Assembly (NCBI RefSeq): GCF_009914755.1
Contig: NC_060931.1
DNA length: 64,000 nucleotides
Reading direction: 5' to 3' (one strand)
Source of the DNA: the human T2T-CHM13v2.0 reference genome, Homo sapiens
Below the pieces are notes generated by a model. That model was given only the letters and a program-made list of their open reading frames with translations. It had not been told where the DNA came from and did no database searches. A program made the translations under genes and the position numbers. The first letter of the stretch is position 1. Every line of letters begins with the position of its first letter. Positions 43,298 to 57,746 of the stretch are shown in pieces.

Positions 43298-46200
43298 TAC
43301 AAGCGTTACATATAGCCTTTAACAAGTTATTTAAAAGTTTTTGGAAGATTTAGAAATCCATTAGGAAAAAATTTGACACACATATTTAACACCCCTAAGG
43401 CTGTTTCTGTGTTTGAAAAAGTCCAACACTTTATCGAGCTGCACGTGAAGACAAAGAAAATGAGGAGAAAAGCCAGCAGCAGCCCAAGTCTTTGATTTTC
43501 TACTGCACTCTTTTGGCTTGACCCAAGAGTTCTCAAATTGTTCAAATAATCCCATTTAAGATGGGCCACTGAATGTGCTGGTCCTGGCTTAGGATCTCTT
43601 TTTAGCCTCTACAGAAAAACTGTAAGAGGACTGACAGAGAAAAAACAAACAAACAAGAAAAAAACATGAAAAACCTTACTTTTCTAAAGCTTCTATTTTT
43701 ATTTTTAGCCTCCTCCTCTTGATAAAAGTATGTGTTTGGAGAATGGAGGAAATACAAATTATTAGCATATTAATAATTTTTCCTGGCTTTCACATCTTTA
43801 AATATATCTACCAAACCTGCTCATTTCTATGAGCAAACTGTGCTTGATACCTTTTTTTCTCTTTTGCTTCTATTTAAAACAAAAAAAGAAGAAGAAAGTT
43901 ATTTAGTCCTCTGAAAAGTGCCAAAACCTTTGGCATAATGTGTCTATGGTTTCCCCTCAAATTTCCTGCTCCCACCCCCATTATACCCACAGTTTTTATT
44001 CCACGTTTTTAAAGTTTCCAGAAATTTTTAAAGCCTTGTCATGAAGAAACAGTAGTGCCACCATTAGCATAAGGTTAGGTGTGTATTTGCACAGAGAAGG
44101 CAGTAAAAAATCAGGATTATGCTGGGCATAAATTTTATAAAACATGGCAGAAATCCTCAGACTGGCCCTGATGAGGACAATAAAAGTTTTAAAGTACAAG
44201 TACTGAATTTATTCTGTCTTCTTTACTTTTAGGGAAAAAAGAGATAAGATATAAGGAAAATGAAGTGAATCCAGAATTAGGATTTAAAGGAAAAACAAAC
44301 AAACAAAAAAGATTCTCAGTGAGTCTGACCAGGGGTCAATAAAAGGAATTAAGTAGAAGATTTCTGAGAAGAAATCACCAAACTGAAATTCAAATGACTT
44401 GGATTCAAATTCTACTAACAGCAGCTAAAATTTCTTGGGCACTCACCATGTGCCAAGTATTGTTCTAATGGCTGTAAGTCCCTTAATATCTTAAAACATG
44501 ACTTTCTTCAGTGCAAAACATATTAACCGAGATAATCTGTGACTCCTTTCCAGGTGTAAGTGTCTGTATCTCTGTAGGAAGCAGGCCCAATAAAGTTTTA
44601 ATAAAGGCTCCCATAACCTTCTAATCTAGATGAATAAATTATCTAATGAAAATAATGCTCAAATGATAAAGATGTGACCGAAAGAAAAAAAATTCACACT
44701 GTAAATAAAATTTTATACTAGAATAAAATTTTAGAGAAATAATATGCAAGAAAAAATGGTTTTCTGGTTTATCCTCAGTTAACTTAAAAATTCCTTTCTG
44801 CCAAGCATTCCAGTGAAATAAAGTTAACGTAATAATCATAGGATAATTGTCAAAAATAAGATTTTTCCCCTTCTTGATCTCTCCTTCAATCTCTGTTTCC
44901 CATAGAAAGTAACAGAAGGTTTTTACTAAATAGCTGGTATGTAAAGCTAAGGCACTTATTATCCATTTTTATATTTATATGGTCTAAAATTATAAATATA
45001 CATGAAAGTAGGTTTAAGTTTTTCTAAAATTAGTGAATGCATGTAAAATGTGTCTCACCATAAACAACAATCTTATTTATCTATAATTAAAGTAACTACC
45101 ATTTACTTCTTACTAGAGCTCACATTTGAATCCGAAACTCTAAACGCTATAGTTTTTTGGACTACACCATAGACTGTGTGTGTGCCTCTATGAAATGCCT
45201 GGCTGATGTACTGAAATCTCCTCTGCAGGATAGAGCTATACATTATCCCTAAGATATCTCTCAGATCTAAAATCTGACAATCCTATAGGCCTGTACTACC
45301 AATAATGATTTGTTTGAAAAAAGATCTCTCTATAAATCTTCTAGAGTATACTATACTAGATGTATATAAAAGATCTCTATATGATGTAATATAAATCATT
45401 ACATAGTATGCATATGTATGCACATATTAATGTGTTTGTGCATATTTATTGCACGTCTTTTATTTCCTAATTGATTATTAGCCCCTTCACAGCAAAGACC
45501 CCATTCTTCGCATCTGATTCTACCACTATGGCTGGCACAGTGGTAGGCAGAGAGCAACTGCTCACTAAGTAGTTGCTGAATTTAAATGAGCCAGAAAAGG
45601 TTTACAACAGATAATGCAACAGGTTAAGGACAGCGGTATTAACCCTTTGGGGCACTACAGTTTCCCTTGCTGAGAAACTATTCAACAGTCATTTCTCACC
45701 ACTTCAGTGCACTGCATACAAATCATCAGTCAACATCGTTTATCAAAATCCCCAGGCCCGGTCCTAAACTGATTTAAACATGTTGAGGGGCTGAAAAAAC
45801 TGCATTTTAGCCAGCACTCCAGGTTTTCCTGATGCAAGGGTCCAGGACCTCATTCTGAAAGCATTATCAGGGAGTATGGAAGGGTTAGATTCACTCCTAA
45901 TTTTTAACTTCTCATTGAAATGGATAAAAATTTAAAAGGAAGGAGGTAGAGAAGACTCTCCAGACCAAGCAGTGTAATGCAGGAATGTGTAAACACAGAT
46001 CATGTGTAGACCTAGGTCATTCAGGGCTCCCATGCTGCACAACTCTAGTGGATGGCATTCACTTCATGGTCCATGTGACTGGTGCCTCCTGGAGTTGGGG
46101 AGTGTATCAAACACATGACCCTGAGGATGTAGGCCCATTATTAGCTTTGTGGCTGTTCCAATATACTGGCTATTGTAGGAATGTCAGGGCTTAGCTAGCT

Positions 46201-48354
46201 AGCTAGCAACCTTCTAAGTAGCACAGCTTGGGAGCACTGTACTAGGTCCTGTGGGAAGAGGAAGGGTAGTAAAAGGTATGAGGCTACATCCAAGTCTAAT
46301 ACTTGAGAAATAATTCAACAGCAGATTCAAACAGTACACTGTATCAGCACTAAACCACAGGGTGGCCTCATGGTAAGGAAATGGAGATTTAAGGAGAGAA
46401 GTAAGAGAGAAAAGCTTACTGGAGCAGATAAACCATGATCTGGGACCTGAAAGGTGTCAAGGATTTACTAAGAGGGACCTTTGAGGGAGCTTTTCAATGG
46501 CGATCAATGGCATGAAGAAAGGTTCATTTCTTTTGAAGTGAATCAAAGGTCCAGTTACAGTGCTTTGGACCAAAGCCACCTGGGATCACTGAGACATGAC
46601 AGATCCTGCTCCAGGTAGCCACAGACATTGGCATCACCTGCCAGCAGCAAACATTATTTTAAAGCCCCCGGGGCATGATGCTATGTTTATGGTGAAGAAA
46701 AGTTTGCTATGGAAAGAACAGTTGGCCATGGGACTCTGCAGGGAAAAAAAGGCCTGAAGTTGTTTACCACTTGGCATAATTTCTACGAAATTTACTTTTT
46801 ACTCTCTTGACCTACCTAGCAGGATTATGTACTCAAATATCATAAGATTGCCAAGCCATTCTAATTGGAGAAGCCAAATGATATGCAAAAGATTAAAGGA
46901 AACCTACCAATATTTCTATTCATCTCACAACTAATAAAGTCTTTTAAAACAAAATATTAAATCTTGTTCCTCTGGAAAACTCACACATTTTCTCCAAAAA
47001 TATTTTATAGACTCATAAGTTTCTGAATATTTCATTCTGCTCTAATGAATCATCCTAGGGCATTCATTTTCTGAAATGTTTGGTCTCTACGTTTTCCTGC
47101 AGGCTCATGAATAGAAACATCTATAAACTCAATAATCACTATGGGTTCCTTGCATTTCTCCCTCACTCTGGGAGACATTATAATACCACGTCAGGTTAAT
47201 ATTCTTTTCTCCTTTTAGGAGGCACAAATAGCTTTCTCACTTAACATTTGATTGTTTAAGATTCCTCTATGTCTTGTAAGGCTCTCAGAGGTAAGAGGAA
47301 CAAGTCCCAGCTCTCATTTTATAGCTGAAAAATCAGAAATGAAAATCCAAAGCGATTTTCAAGCCCAGTTCTACTCTATACTCTGGCTCCCACATGGGCA
47401 ATTCCATGAGCCTTACTATGAAAGACTCCAGGAGTCAAACTTAGAGTTGCCCTCTCACCAAACCCGTACCATTCCCTGACCATTCCAAACCTAACTTGCA
47501 GTCCTGGAGAGGAAAGAAGAAACCCAACATGTTTTAGCTTTTTTGGTTGCTTACTTGGTTCAGAATAACTCGTAACTCAGTCGTGGAAGACTTTCAGGTA
47601 AGAACCACCTGCTAGATCTATCTCAAATGTAAAAATAATTAGAATTAGGTCTCTTCTGGTCTAAAATACAAGGCTTAAACTCTTTTCCCCATGTTGAGGT
47701 CATATAGGCAAAGAAACAAAACTAATTAGCATTAAAATGTGCATGTAGCACTAGTATATATTTTGGATATATAAAGTCATATTTTTCTTAGTTCAGCCAC
47801 TCCTCCTAAAAGTAAAGCCAAATTAGAATGCTTATTTTTTAAAGTAAAGTATAATTGTTGTTATTTCAGTCTGTGCCAAACAAGCTATGTTTGGAAGGCC
47901 TGTAGTTCCCATAATATCACCAAATAATAGTGATATTATTTAAAGTAAGACCTCACCAAATAAGCTCAAGGTTCCTTTTACTTGTGGAACCTTGCTTTCT
48001 CCACAAAAGTTTCCATCTTAAAAGTCTGCCGCATTTGTTTATATCATGAGAAGACAATTACAAAGTGGCAGTTGTTTACTTCCTAAAGATAACCTCAAAA
48101 AGTCAACCTATTTCTCCCAAGTTAGTAAGTTTCCCAGGCTACAGGGTATGGTTATAGTGAAAAGAGTTGAGACCTTTAAAAGTTGGGTCACAGATCTTAT
48201 ATACAGAAAAGTCCTAAGAAATCACTAAAAAATTATTAGAACTAATAAATAAGTCTAGCAAGGTTGGAAGACAGAAAAATCAATATACAAATATCAACTG
48301 TATTGCTATATATTTGAAATAAGCAATCCAAAAATGAAATTTAAAAAACAACTC

Positions 48355-48662
48355 GGTCAGGCGCAGTGGCCCACGCCTGTAATCCCAGCATTTGGGAGGC
48401 CCAGGCAGGCGGATCATTTCAGGTCAGGAGTTCGAGACCAGCCTGGCCAACAGGGTGAAACCCCATCTCTACTAAAAATACAAAAATTAGCCAGGCATGG
48501 TGGTGGGCACCTGTAATCCCAGCTACTCAGGAGGCTGAGGCAGGAGAATGGCGTGAACCCGGAAGGCGGAGCTTGCAGTGAGTGGAGTGCCACTGCACTC
48601 CAGCCTGGGTGACAGGGCGAGACTCCGTTGCAAAAAAATTAATTAATTAATTAATTAATTTT
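48355..48662 (+). mobile_element. AluS with (TTAA)n tail, nested in L1M
   Basis: Full dimer; TSD approximately AAAAAA(C)AACTC. Confidence 0.93.
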
Positions 48663-48797
48663 AAAAAAACTCAATTTACAGTAGCCTCAAAAACAATAAA
48701 ATACTTAGAAATAAATTTAACAAAATAAGTGCAAAACTGATTCTCTAAACACTACAAAACAGCATTGAAAGAAACTAAAGAAAATCTAAATAAATAG

Positions 48798-49302
<505 letters not shown>

Positions 49303-49781
49303 ACGAATTTGGATTTCAAGCTTACTACAAAGCTAGAGTAATCAAGACTATGTAGTACTGGTATAAGATAGACACAGAGAACAACAGAATGAAATTGAGA
49401 GTAAAAAAATTAACCCTCACATTTATAGTCAATTGATTTCCAACAAAGGTAACAGACAATAAGAAAAAACTGGTGCAGGGACAATATCCATACGCAAAAT
49501 AATGAAGTTGGGCTCCTATCTCACCCTGTATACAAAAATTAACTCATAATGGATCAAAGACCTAACTACAAGACTTAAAACCGTGAATAGTTTTAGAAGA
49601 AAATATAGGCATATTTTCAAGAAAATTTTAGAAAAAAATATAGACATAATTTTTGTGATGTTGGATTAGGAAATGGTTTAGTTGACACCAAAACTACAAG
49701 CAACAGAAAAAAAAATAAATTATACTTCATCAAAATTTAAAACTTTATACTCCAAGGATACCATTAAGAAAGTATTAAAAT

Positions 49782-50090
49782 GGCCAGGCACGGTGGCTCA
49801 CGCCTGTAATCCCAGCACTTTGGGAGGCCGAGATGGGCGGATCACCTGAGGTCAGGAGTTTGATACCAGCCTGGGCAACATGGCAAAACCCCATCTCTAC
49901 TAAAAATACAAAAATTATCCAGGCATGGTGGCACGTGCCTGTAATCCCAGCTACTCAGGAGGCTGAGGCAGGAAGAATTGCTTGAACCCCTGAGGCGGAG
50001 GTTGCAGTGAGCCGAGATCATGCCATTCCATTCCAGCCTGGGCGACAGAGAGAGACTGTCTCAAAAGAAAAAAAAAAAAGAAAAAAAGAA
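49782..50090 (+). mobile_element. AluS, TSD AAGAAAGT(A/G)TTAAAA
   Basis: Full dimer; direct repeats. Confidence 0.95.
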
Positions 50091-50100
50091 AGTGTTAAAA

Positions 50101-50850
50101 CACAATGAGATACGATCTCACACCACTCAGAATGGTTATTAAAAAGTCAAAAAATAACAGATGCTGGTGAGGTTGCAGAGAAAAAGGAACACTTATGTAC
50201 TGTTGGTGGGAGTGTAAATTAGTTTAACCACTGTGGAATACAGTGTGGCAATTCCTCAAAGACCTAAAAACAGAAATACCATTCAACCCAGTAATCTCAT
50301 TACTGGGTATATATCCAAAGGCATATACATCATTCTATTATAAAGACACATGCATGTGTACATTCACTGCAGCACTATTCACAATAGCAAAGAGGTGGAA
50401 TCAACCTAAATGCCTATCAACGATAGAGTGGATAAAAAAAATGTGGTATATATACACCATGGAGTACTATGCAGCCATAAAAAAGAATGAGATCATGTCC
50501 CTTGCAGGAACGTCGACGGAGCTGGAGGCCGTTATCATTAGCAAACTAATGCAGGAACAGAAAACCAAATACTGTACGCTCTGACTTTAAGTGGGAGCTA
50601 AATGGTGAGAACACACGGACACAGAGGAGAACAAGAGACAGTGGGGCCTACCAGAGGGTAAAGGGTGGGAGGAGGGAGAGGATCAGGAAAAATAACTAAT
50701 GGGTACTAGGCTTAATATCTGAGTGATGAAATAATTTGTACGACAAACCCCTATGACACAAGTTTACCTATATAATGAACCTGCACATGTACCCCTGAAC
50801 TTAAAATAAAAAAGTTTAAAAAAAAGAGAGAAAAAAAGAAAAGAAAAAGA
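50101..50850 (+). mobile_element. 5'-truncated primate L1 (old L1PA-like) 3' end
   Basis: ORF2 C-terminus (WQFLKDLKTEIPFNP...MWYIYTMEYYAAIKKNE), G-rich 3' UTR, ...gtacccctgaacttaaaataaaa and A-rich tail. Confidence 0.92.
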
Positions 50851-53486
50851 TAAAATAGCCTATAGACTAGGAGAAAAACTTTGCAAGTCACATATCTGAT
50901 AAGGAACCCTAGTATACACACAGAACTCTCACAATACAATAAAAGGACAAATAATCCTATTTAAAAATGGGCAAAGGATCTGAACAGACATTGCTCCAGA
51001 GACAGCATAAAATTGCCAAGAGGCACATGAAAAGATGTTAAACATCATTAGCCATCAGGGAGATGAAAATCAAAACCATGATGAGATAACCACTTCACCC
51101 TGCTACAATGGTTATAATCAAAAAGAGATAATAAGAAGTGTTGGTGAGGATGTGAAGGAACTGCAACCCTCAAACACTGCTGGTGGGAATATATTTAAGA
51201 AAATGGTGTGGCCACTTTGGAAAACAGTCTGGCAGTTCCTCAAAAAGTTCAACATAGAATTATAATATGACTCAGCAATTCCACTCTCAGGTATATACTC
51301 AAGAGAAATGAAAACATATGCCCATACAAACTCACATACATGAATGTTCACAGCAACGTTATTCATAATAGCCAAGCACTGGGAACAGCTCTCATGCCTG
51401 TTAACTGATTAATAAACAAAATGTGACCTATCTATATCTACACAGTGAAATATTATTTATCAATAAAAAGGAATAACATATGTGCTACATCATGGATGAG
51501 CCTTGGAAACATTATGCTAAGTAAAAGAAACCAATCATGAAAGCCCACATTTTATGATTCCATTTATATGAAATGTCTAGAATAGACAAATCCATATACA
51601 CAAAAAGTAGATTAACAACTGCCAGGGGATGGAGGGACTGGATGGAAGGGAGTGGTGATTGCTAAGGTGTGGTACGAGGTTTCTTGTTGGGGTGATGAAA
51701 ATGTTCTACAATTGAATGTGGTGATAATTGTACAAATCTGTGAATATATTAAAAACCATTGAATTATATACTTTAAATGGGTAAATTATATCTCAACAAA
51801 GCTTTCTCTGAAAAAAAAAAAAAAAAACACCTAGAACTGTCAGAGATCTGCCTCTTACTAATGAGTAACCCTGGGCAAATTACTTACTCTGACTCAATTC
51901 GCTCAATCTTTAAAATGGGAATATCTATCTTAGACAGTTTTTCCGGAGTTAAGCATGACTAGTACAATGTTCTAAACATAGTAGGTGACCATCAAAATCA
52001 TAAAACTCCAAAGTATAAAGTCTTAATTATAATGAAAATTATTATCTGGGCACCAAATATTTACAAATACTATTTTTTAAATGAGCACAGTGTGATTTGG
52101 AAGTATCATAGTTTTTAATTTCTCAAAAAGCAATAATTTTCCTCAAATATTTAAAATCCATCCTTTCTTGAGCTCATATGCTAAAATTTTGAATGAAAAG
52201 TGATCAAAAACTAAGTAATTTTCTATTATGTTTCTTAAAGTATAAAATTAAGAAAGATTAAGAACCTCCACTCTTTTCTCTGAAGATCTTTCAGACACTA
52301 GAGATATTTAATTGGCAAATTACTTGCACATGCCATTAAGTGGTTAGACTGAATTTGTTTTTACAAATTCTATGGACTCTTATTCCTTAACCTCCACCAC
52401 ACTATAATCTGAAATCATCAAGGTCTTCACTTATGCAAATTTTAACTTTCCATGTTTTTGTTTCCATACAGAATAACTAAATTAATGCATTTTAATTTCT
52501 AAAAGATTCACTTTTTGAAGCAGCATATCTATGAAAAAGAGTTTCTCATTAAAATAAAAAAGATTCATCAAGCTATATTATTTCAAACACTAAACCATAA
52601 TCTCTCTCTCTTTCTCATGGATTTTAAAAATTCCATTAATACAATAAACACAAAAGGGATGTTTGTGTTAAACATAAAAGTAACCCCTCTTGGAGGCAAA
52701 GAGAGGACTGCTGAAGGCCCAGCATTTTATCTCTGAACAGTTTCATGCTTTTTCTAATGCATGCTAAATCCTCAAAGAAAGTTGTGGTTTTTCTCTAAGG
52801 GAAGTAATATTCCACCCTGCTGATATGGTTAACAACCAGCTTCTACGGCCATCATCTTTTAAGCAGGGAGCAAAAGACAAATTGTTGAATTCGTACATTA
52901 AATAACATAATGGAGTAAGTGGATGCAGACCTATCTCTACTGCCATATGCTCCAATATCAAGGTTGCCATTTCAAACCCTTTTGACAAGTGCCTTTTTAC
53001 ATTAATCACAGCTAAGGGTCTGAAGAGGAAAGAAGTATTCTGGCTACAATTCAGAGTCGCTCAAGAAACTTCTAGGGGGAAAATGGTTGCCATTAAAACA
53101 TAGTAAGTAGAGCATAAGTACTTCACATTAAAATTGAGTTCTCTATAATCCCCTGTAAACTTTTTATTATTATTATTCTGAACATGTAGGTACAGTGGTG
53201 ATAGGTATCTTTCAAAAAATAAGCACACACACAGCCAAGCTGAGCCAAATATTATACTAAAGTCATATGTGGTATTGGTGTATGTAAAAATTAGGGCTAA
53301 TTTAAAACTCTTCCAGTTCTGTACTTAGGGATGGAACTAGCCTGAGTTAAGGTCATGTGGCATTCAGGAAAGAACCCTATCCTTCTAGTGCCAGAAGTCA
53401 AAGTTGTGATTCTTATGAAACTAGTCACCTTTTCCCCTCTGGGCCTGTTTCCTCATCCATGAAAGAAAGCCATAAACTATACTCAG

Positions 53487-53646
53487 CCATTGTTCATTTG
53501 AAGTAGGAACTACATTCCCTTGGAGAGCTTGTTTAAAACACATTCCCAAGCCCCACACCCAAAAATTATGAATCAGTAGATTTGAGACAGAGCCAGGGAG
53601 TCCACAGTTAACCAACATTCTACACTATTACAATGAGAACCCATGG
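53487..53646. mobile_element. MER5A-like DNA transposon overlapping MIR591
   Basis: ggagagcttgtttaaaacacattcccaagccccacaccc...tgaatcagtagatttgag...tgagaacc. Confidence 0.65.
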
Positions 53647-53664
53647 TCTACCTCATTGATAAGA
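53570..53664 (-). ncRNA. MIR591: MIR591 annotated precursor (mature AGACCAUGGGUUCUCAUUGU at 53630-53649), intronic and co-oriented with SLC25A13
   Basis: The reverse complement of the recalled hsa-miR-591 mature sequence (acaatgagaacccatggtct) is present exactly. MIR591 is known to map inside SLC25A13. Confidence 0.88.
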
Positions 53665-54658
53665 CTCCCTCCTCCTCTATAATCTGACAGATCTATCAAT
53701 TCTCAAGATTCATACACTATTTAAGTCATCATAGTGACTGTGAGTCAACAACAACAACAAAATGGCTCAAGGCTGGCAGATATTTAGCGTAAGATATTAA
53801 CCATCTGTCACACACACTAACTAAATCAACAGAGGGGCCAACTGAGATGTTTCCAATTATCTGCTAGAAAAAGTATTTTCAACTGGGTAGAATAAATCAT
53901 TATTAGCCTTTCATAATATCAAAAGTAGGTCAATTAAAATGGTGTTTAGAGGCATATAGCAGACTGTGGCCACTCTCCAGATGTGTAAGCTTGCTTTAAT
54001 CATCTGCTGTGTGTTAATTATTGTTAACTTTCATTACCACTAGAGAATACAACTAATGTTTTAAAATTCTTAAAGCATTACAGAGTCCTAATTCACTCTC
54101 TAAATGCAAATATAATATCTATATTGTTTTCAAAAACCTATTTCCTAAGCTAGTTTCCTTAGACGGATATTATCGAAAATTTTCTTGCAAAAGCATTAAC
54201 ATACATTTAACCCTACTTAAATGCTTCAAGAGCAGATGTACTACAAATGTACACCCACAGTGATCCCATATTAGTATAAAACTGTTTTATTTCAATTAAA
54301 ATGTCTAAGTATCCACCCCCAACATATACCTAAACTGTAATTTTCTCTGAGAATTTCCAATATGTTCTTGATTTTGTTTCCTTTATCAACCTATCAGAGC
54401 AAAAACTGCCTTGCAACTGTTGGAAGAAATCAGTCATTAGCAGCAAGATTACAGCAAATTTTCCAATTTAGAAAAACTGTATTTTTATCTCTCTCTTATA
54501 CCAGAAGAAGAATGGTATAATTTTCCTATCTTTAAATAAGCAGTACAGTTAGTTTAAAATAGTCAAATTTTCCTAGGACTCTAAGTTTCAGGATTTTATG
54601 TTAGCTTTCTGTTCTCTACACCTTCTTTCCTACTCACAAGTTCTCTTCACCCTTCATC

Positions 54659-54731
54659 ATGCATGCACATGAACATGCACATACACACACACACATGCAC
54701 ACACAAACACACAGGTGCACATGCACACACA
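54659..54731. repeat. Imperfect (CA)/(CATG) simple repeat
   Basis: Read directly. Confidence 0.75.
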
Positions 54732-56150
54732 GGGACAGCAGCCCCCAGTCCAGTCTCTCCACTCCCTGACAGGCTTCTAAGGAACAGTTAACCTTCAGGC
54801 AGTAGTTAACTAAGGAGTGGCTTCACATGGTTATTTTGATTTGCTCTCCAACTGACATTCTTCCACCTTCTCAACAGGTCTGCCTTCTTTTCTCCCCCTC
54901 TCTATTTTTAAAATGGAGTGATGAAGTAGCAAAAAGTACAATATTTTAGCCATTTGAGCACGGGCGATTCTTAAATTATCCCACCAACTGGAAGTGCTCT
55001 CTGATACTACTATCTTTCAAAATTGAAGCCATTATGGTCAATCGTGCAAATCCGTATTTAGCTTTTCGTAAATAGTGGATTTTTGACCCAATGAACTGGA
55101 ACAGTTTCTGGACAGTCTCTAGGATCTCTGAAAAGATACTCAGTACCCAGGCATGCCACAATTCTTATCAACATAGAGACTATTTACTTTCAAAACTCAT
55201 ACTGTTCTTATTCGAAATTCTTACTCTCTATTTGGGATGTAAGCATGTATAAGAGAATATACTCAGCCCCCTCTTTACCTCTCATAAAATAAAATCAAAT
55301 CTACTGCAGGGCAATATTTTTCTTTCATCAAAATGACACATTATTTTTGTGAAACACCAAAATCAGAACCAATATTAATGAAGAACTTTCCCCAAGTAAC
55401 GTTTCTTCTGATTCTTCACCACCTTCTCCCTCAGCTATCTTTTCGAATATTTCATTTTCGAAGTGTCTTTACAAAGACAGTAACAAATGACCTTCCTTTC
55501 CAGCAAGCTTAAAAATGATGGGTAAAGTCTGCCTTCTTCCAATCCAATACCAGCATTCCTCTAGCTTTATATATTTAATATTAAATTTGAGTGCTTAACT
55601 TCGAAACTTCTCATTTCCATACTTTTAACTCCCATCATTTTCTGCAACCTGAATCGAAGTGACTGAGTGGGTGTTTCCACACATTTCCTAATGTCATCTA
55701 GCCTACCCATTTTCCCAAAGCACACCAATTTCATCATAGCAGGTGTTCCTGGACACAATCTAAGTTGAACTCAGAAAGGGTCCCTCCAAACAATTACATC
55801 CACATCAGAGAATTAACTAACTGAGGACTCGCTTAGAATTAAGAATTAACTAGCTTAGAAATCGCCCCGGTTCTGTGGGTTTTGTTTAGTGGGAGAGACA
55901 CAAGAGAAAAGTTGGTGCAAATATAATAAGTTTGCTAAACTACAATTTAAACAAAGTTAAATAGATTTATTTTTTCCGCAGGACTTCTCAGAGCCTTAAT
56001 AAATTAAAAGTTCCAGGCTTTATGATTCTCTCTTAGGAGAGCCCTTTTCCACATGCCACTTATTAACATAAACAAGAAACGCTTCTCTATAGTTACTAAA
56101 CTTACAATATATTTCAATAGTGAAGATTAAAGGACAAAAGGTCACTGTAG

Positions 56151-56650
<500 letters not shown>

Positions 56651-57413
56651 TCTTTTTGTATTTTTAATAATTCGTTAGTTACTCTACATTTACTTCAGTT
56701 ACAGAAAAATGTATTTTCCAATCTGTCTCTTGTATTATATATAGGTTGTCTGATACATTTTGTTTCTTCATATATCCAAAACCAAAAGGCATCCAAAAAC
56801 TGATTATCATTACATTTTGAAGTCATACATAAACTATTCTACAATCAATGTCTTTAACAGCAATGCTGGAAAAGTGTTAAATAAGATATATGTCTACTAG
56901 TTCAACTGCCCCTCTATAAAAAGCAGCTTTTATCTTTAAAGGGCAGCTCACTGACCTCTGTGAGATTTGCTAAAACCTACACAATTTTTCCCCAGGAAAA
57001 AAAAAAAGCTCATTTAGACGAAATATTACAAACAACCATAGCCATTCACAGACTCCCTGATACTTATCTAGGCAAAGAGTTGAGAACCCTTGACTTTAAA
57101 GTTTAATTAAAAACTGCAGAACATAAACATGCACACACCATCATTACCACCAACACTTGTAATGAAATTGGGTTACATTCAGGTATTAAGGATAACTTTA
57201 AAATTGCACGTAAAACATATTTCATGAAATCTTGTTCAGTGTACTGAAAAATAAATTTAAAAAGTCAAAGGAAGAGAGAAACATGTAATAGCATAATGCA
57301 AGAAAACATTTGGGAGTTTAACCTAAGAAACTGGTATTGTATAGATCATACTTTGAATTTTCAGGGGGTCTACTTGTGACTTTCCTCAGATAAAAGCAGG
57401 TATTCAAGCTCTC

Positions 57414-57746
<333 letters not shown>

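Noticed and set aside
50243-50584. L1 ORF2 C-terminal ORF
   Set aside because: 5'-truncated dead L1; not an active element.
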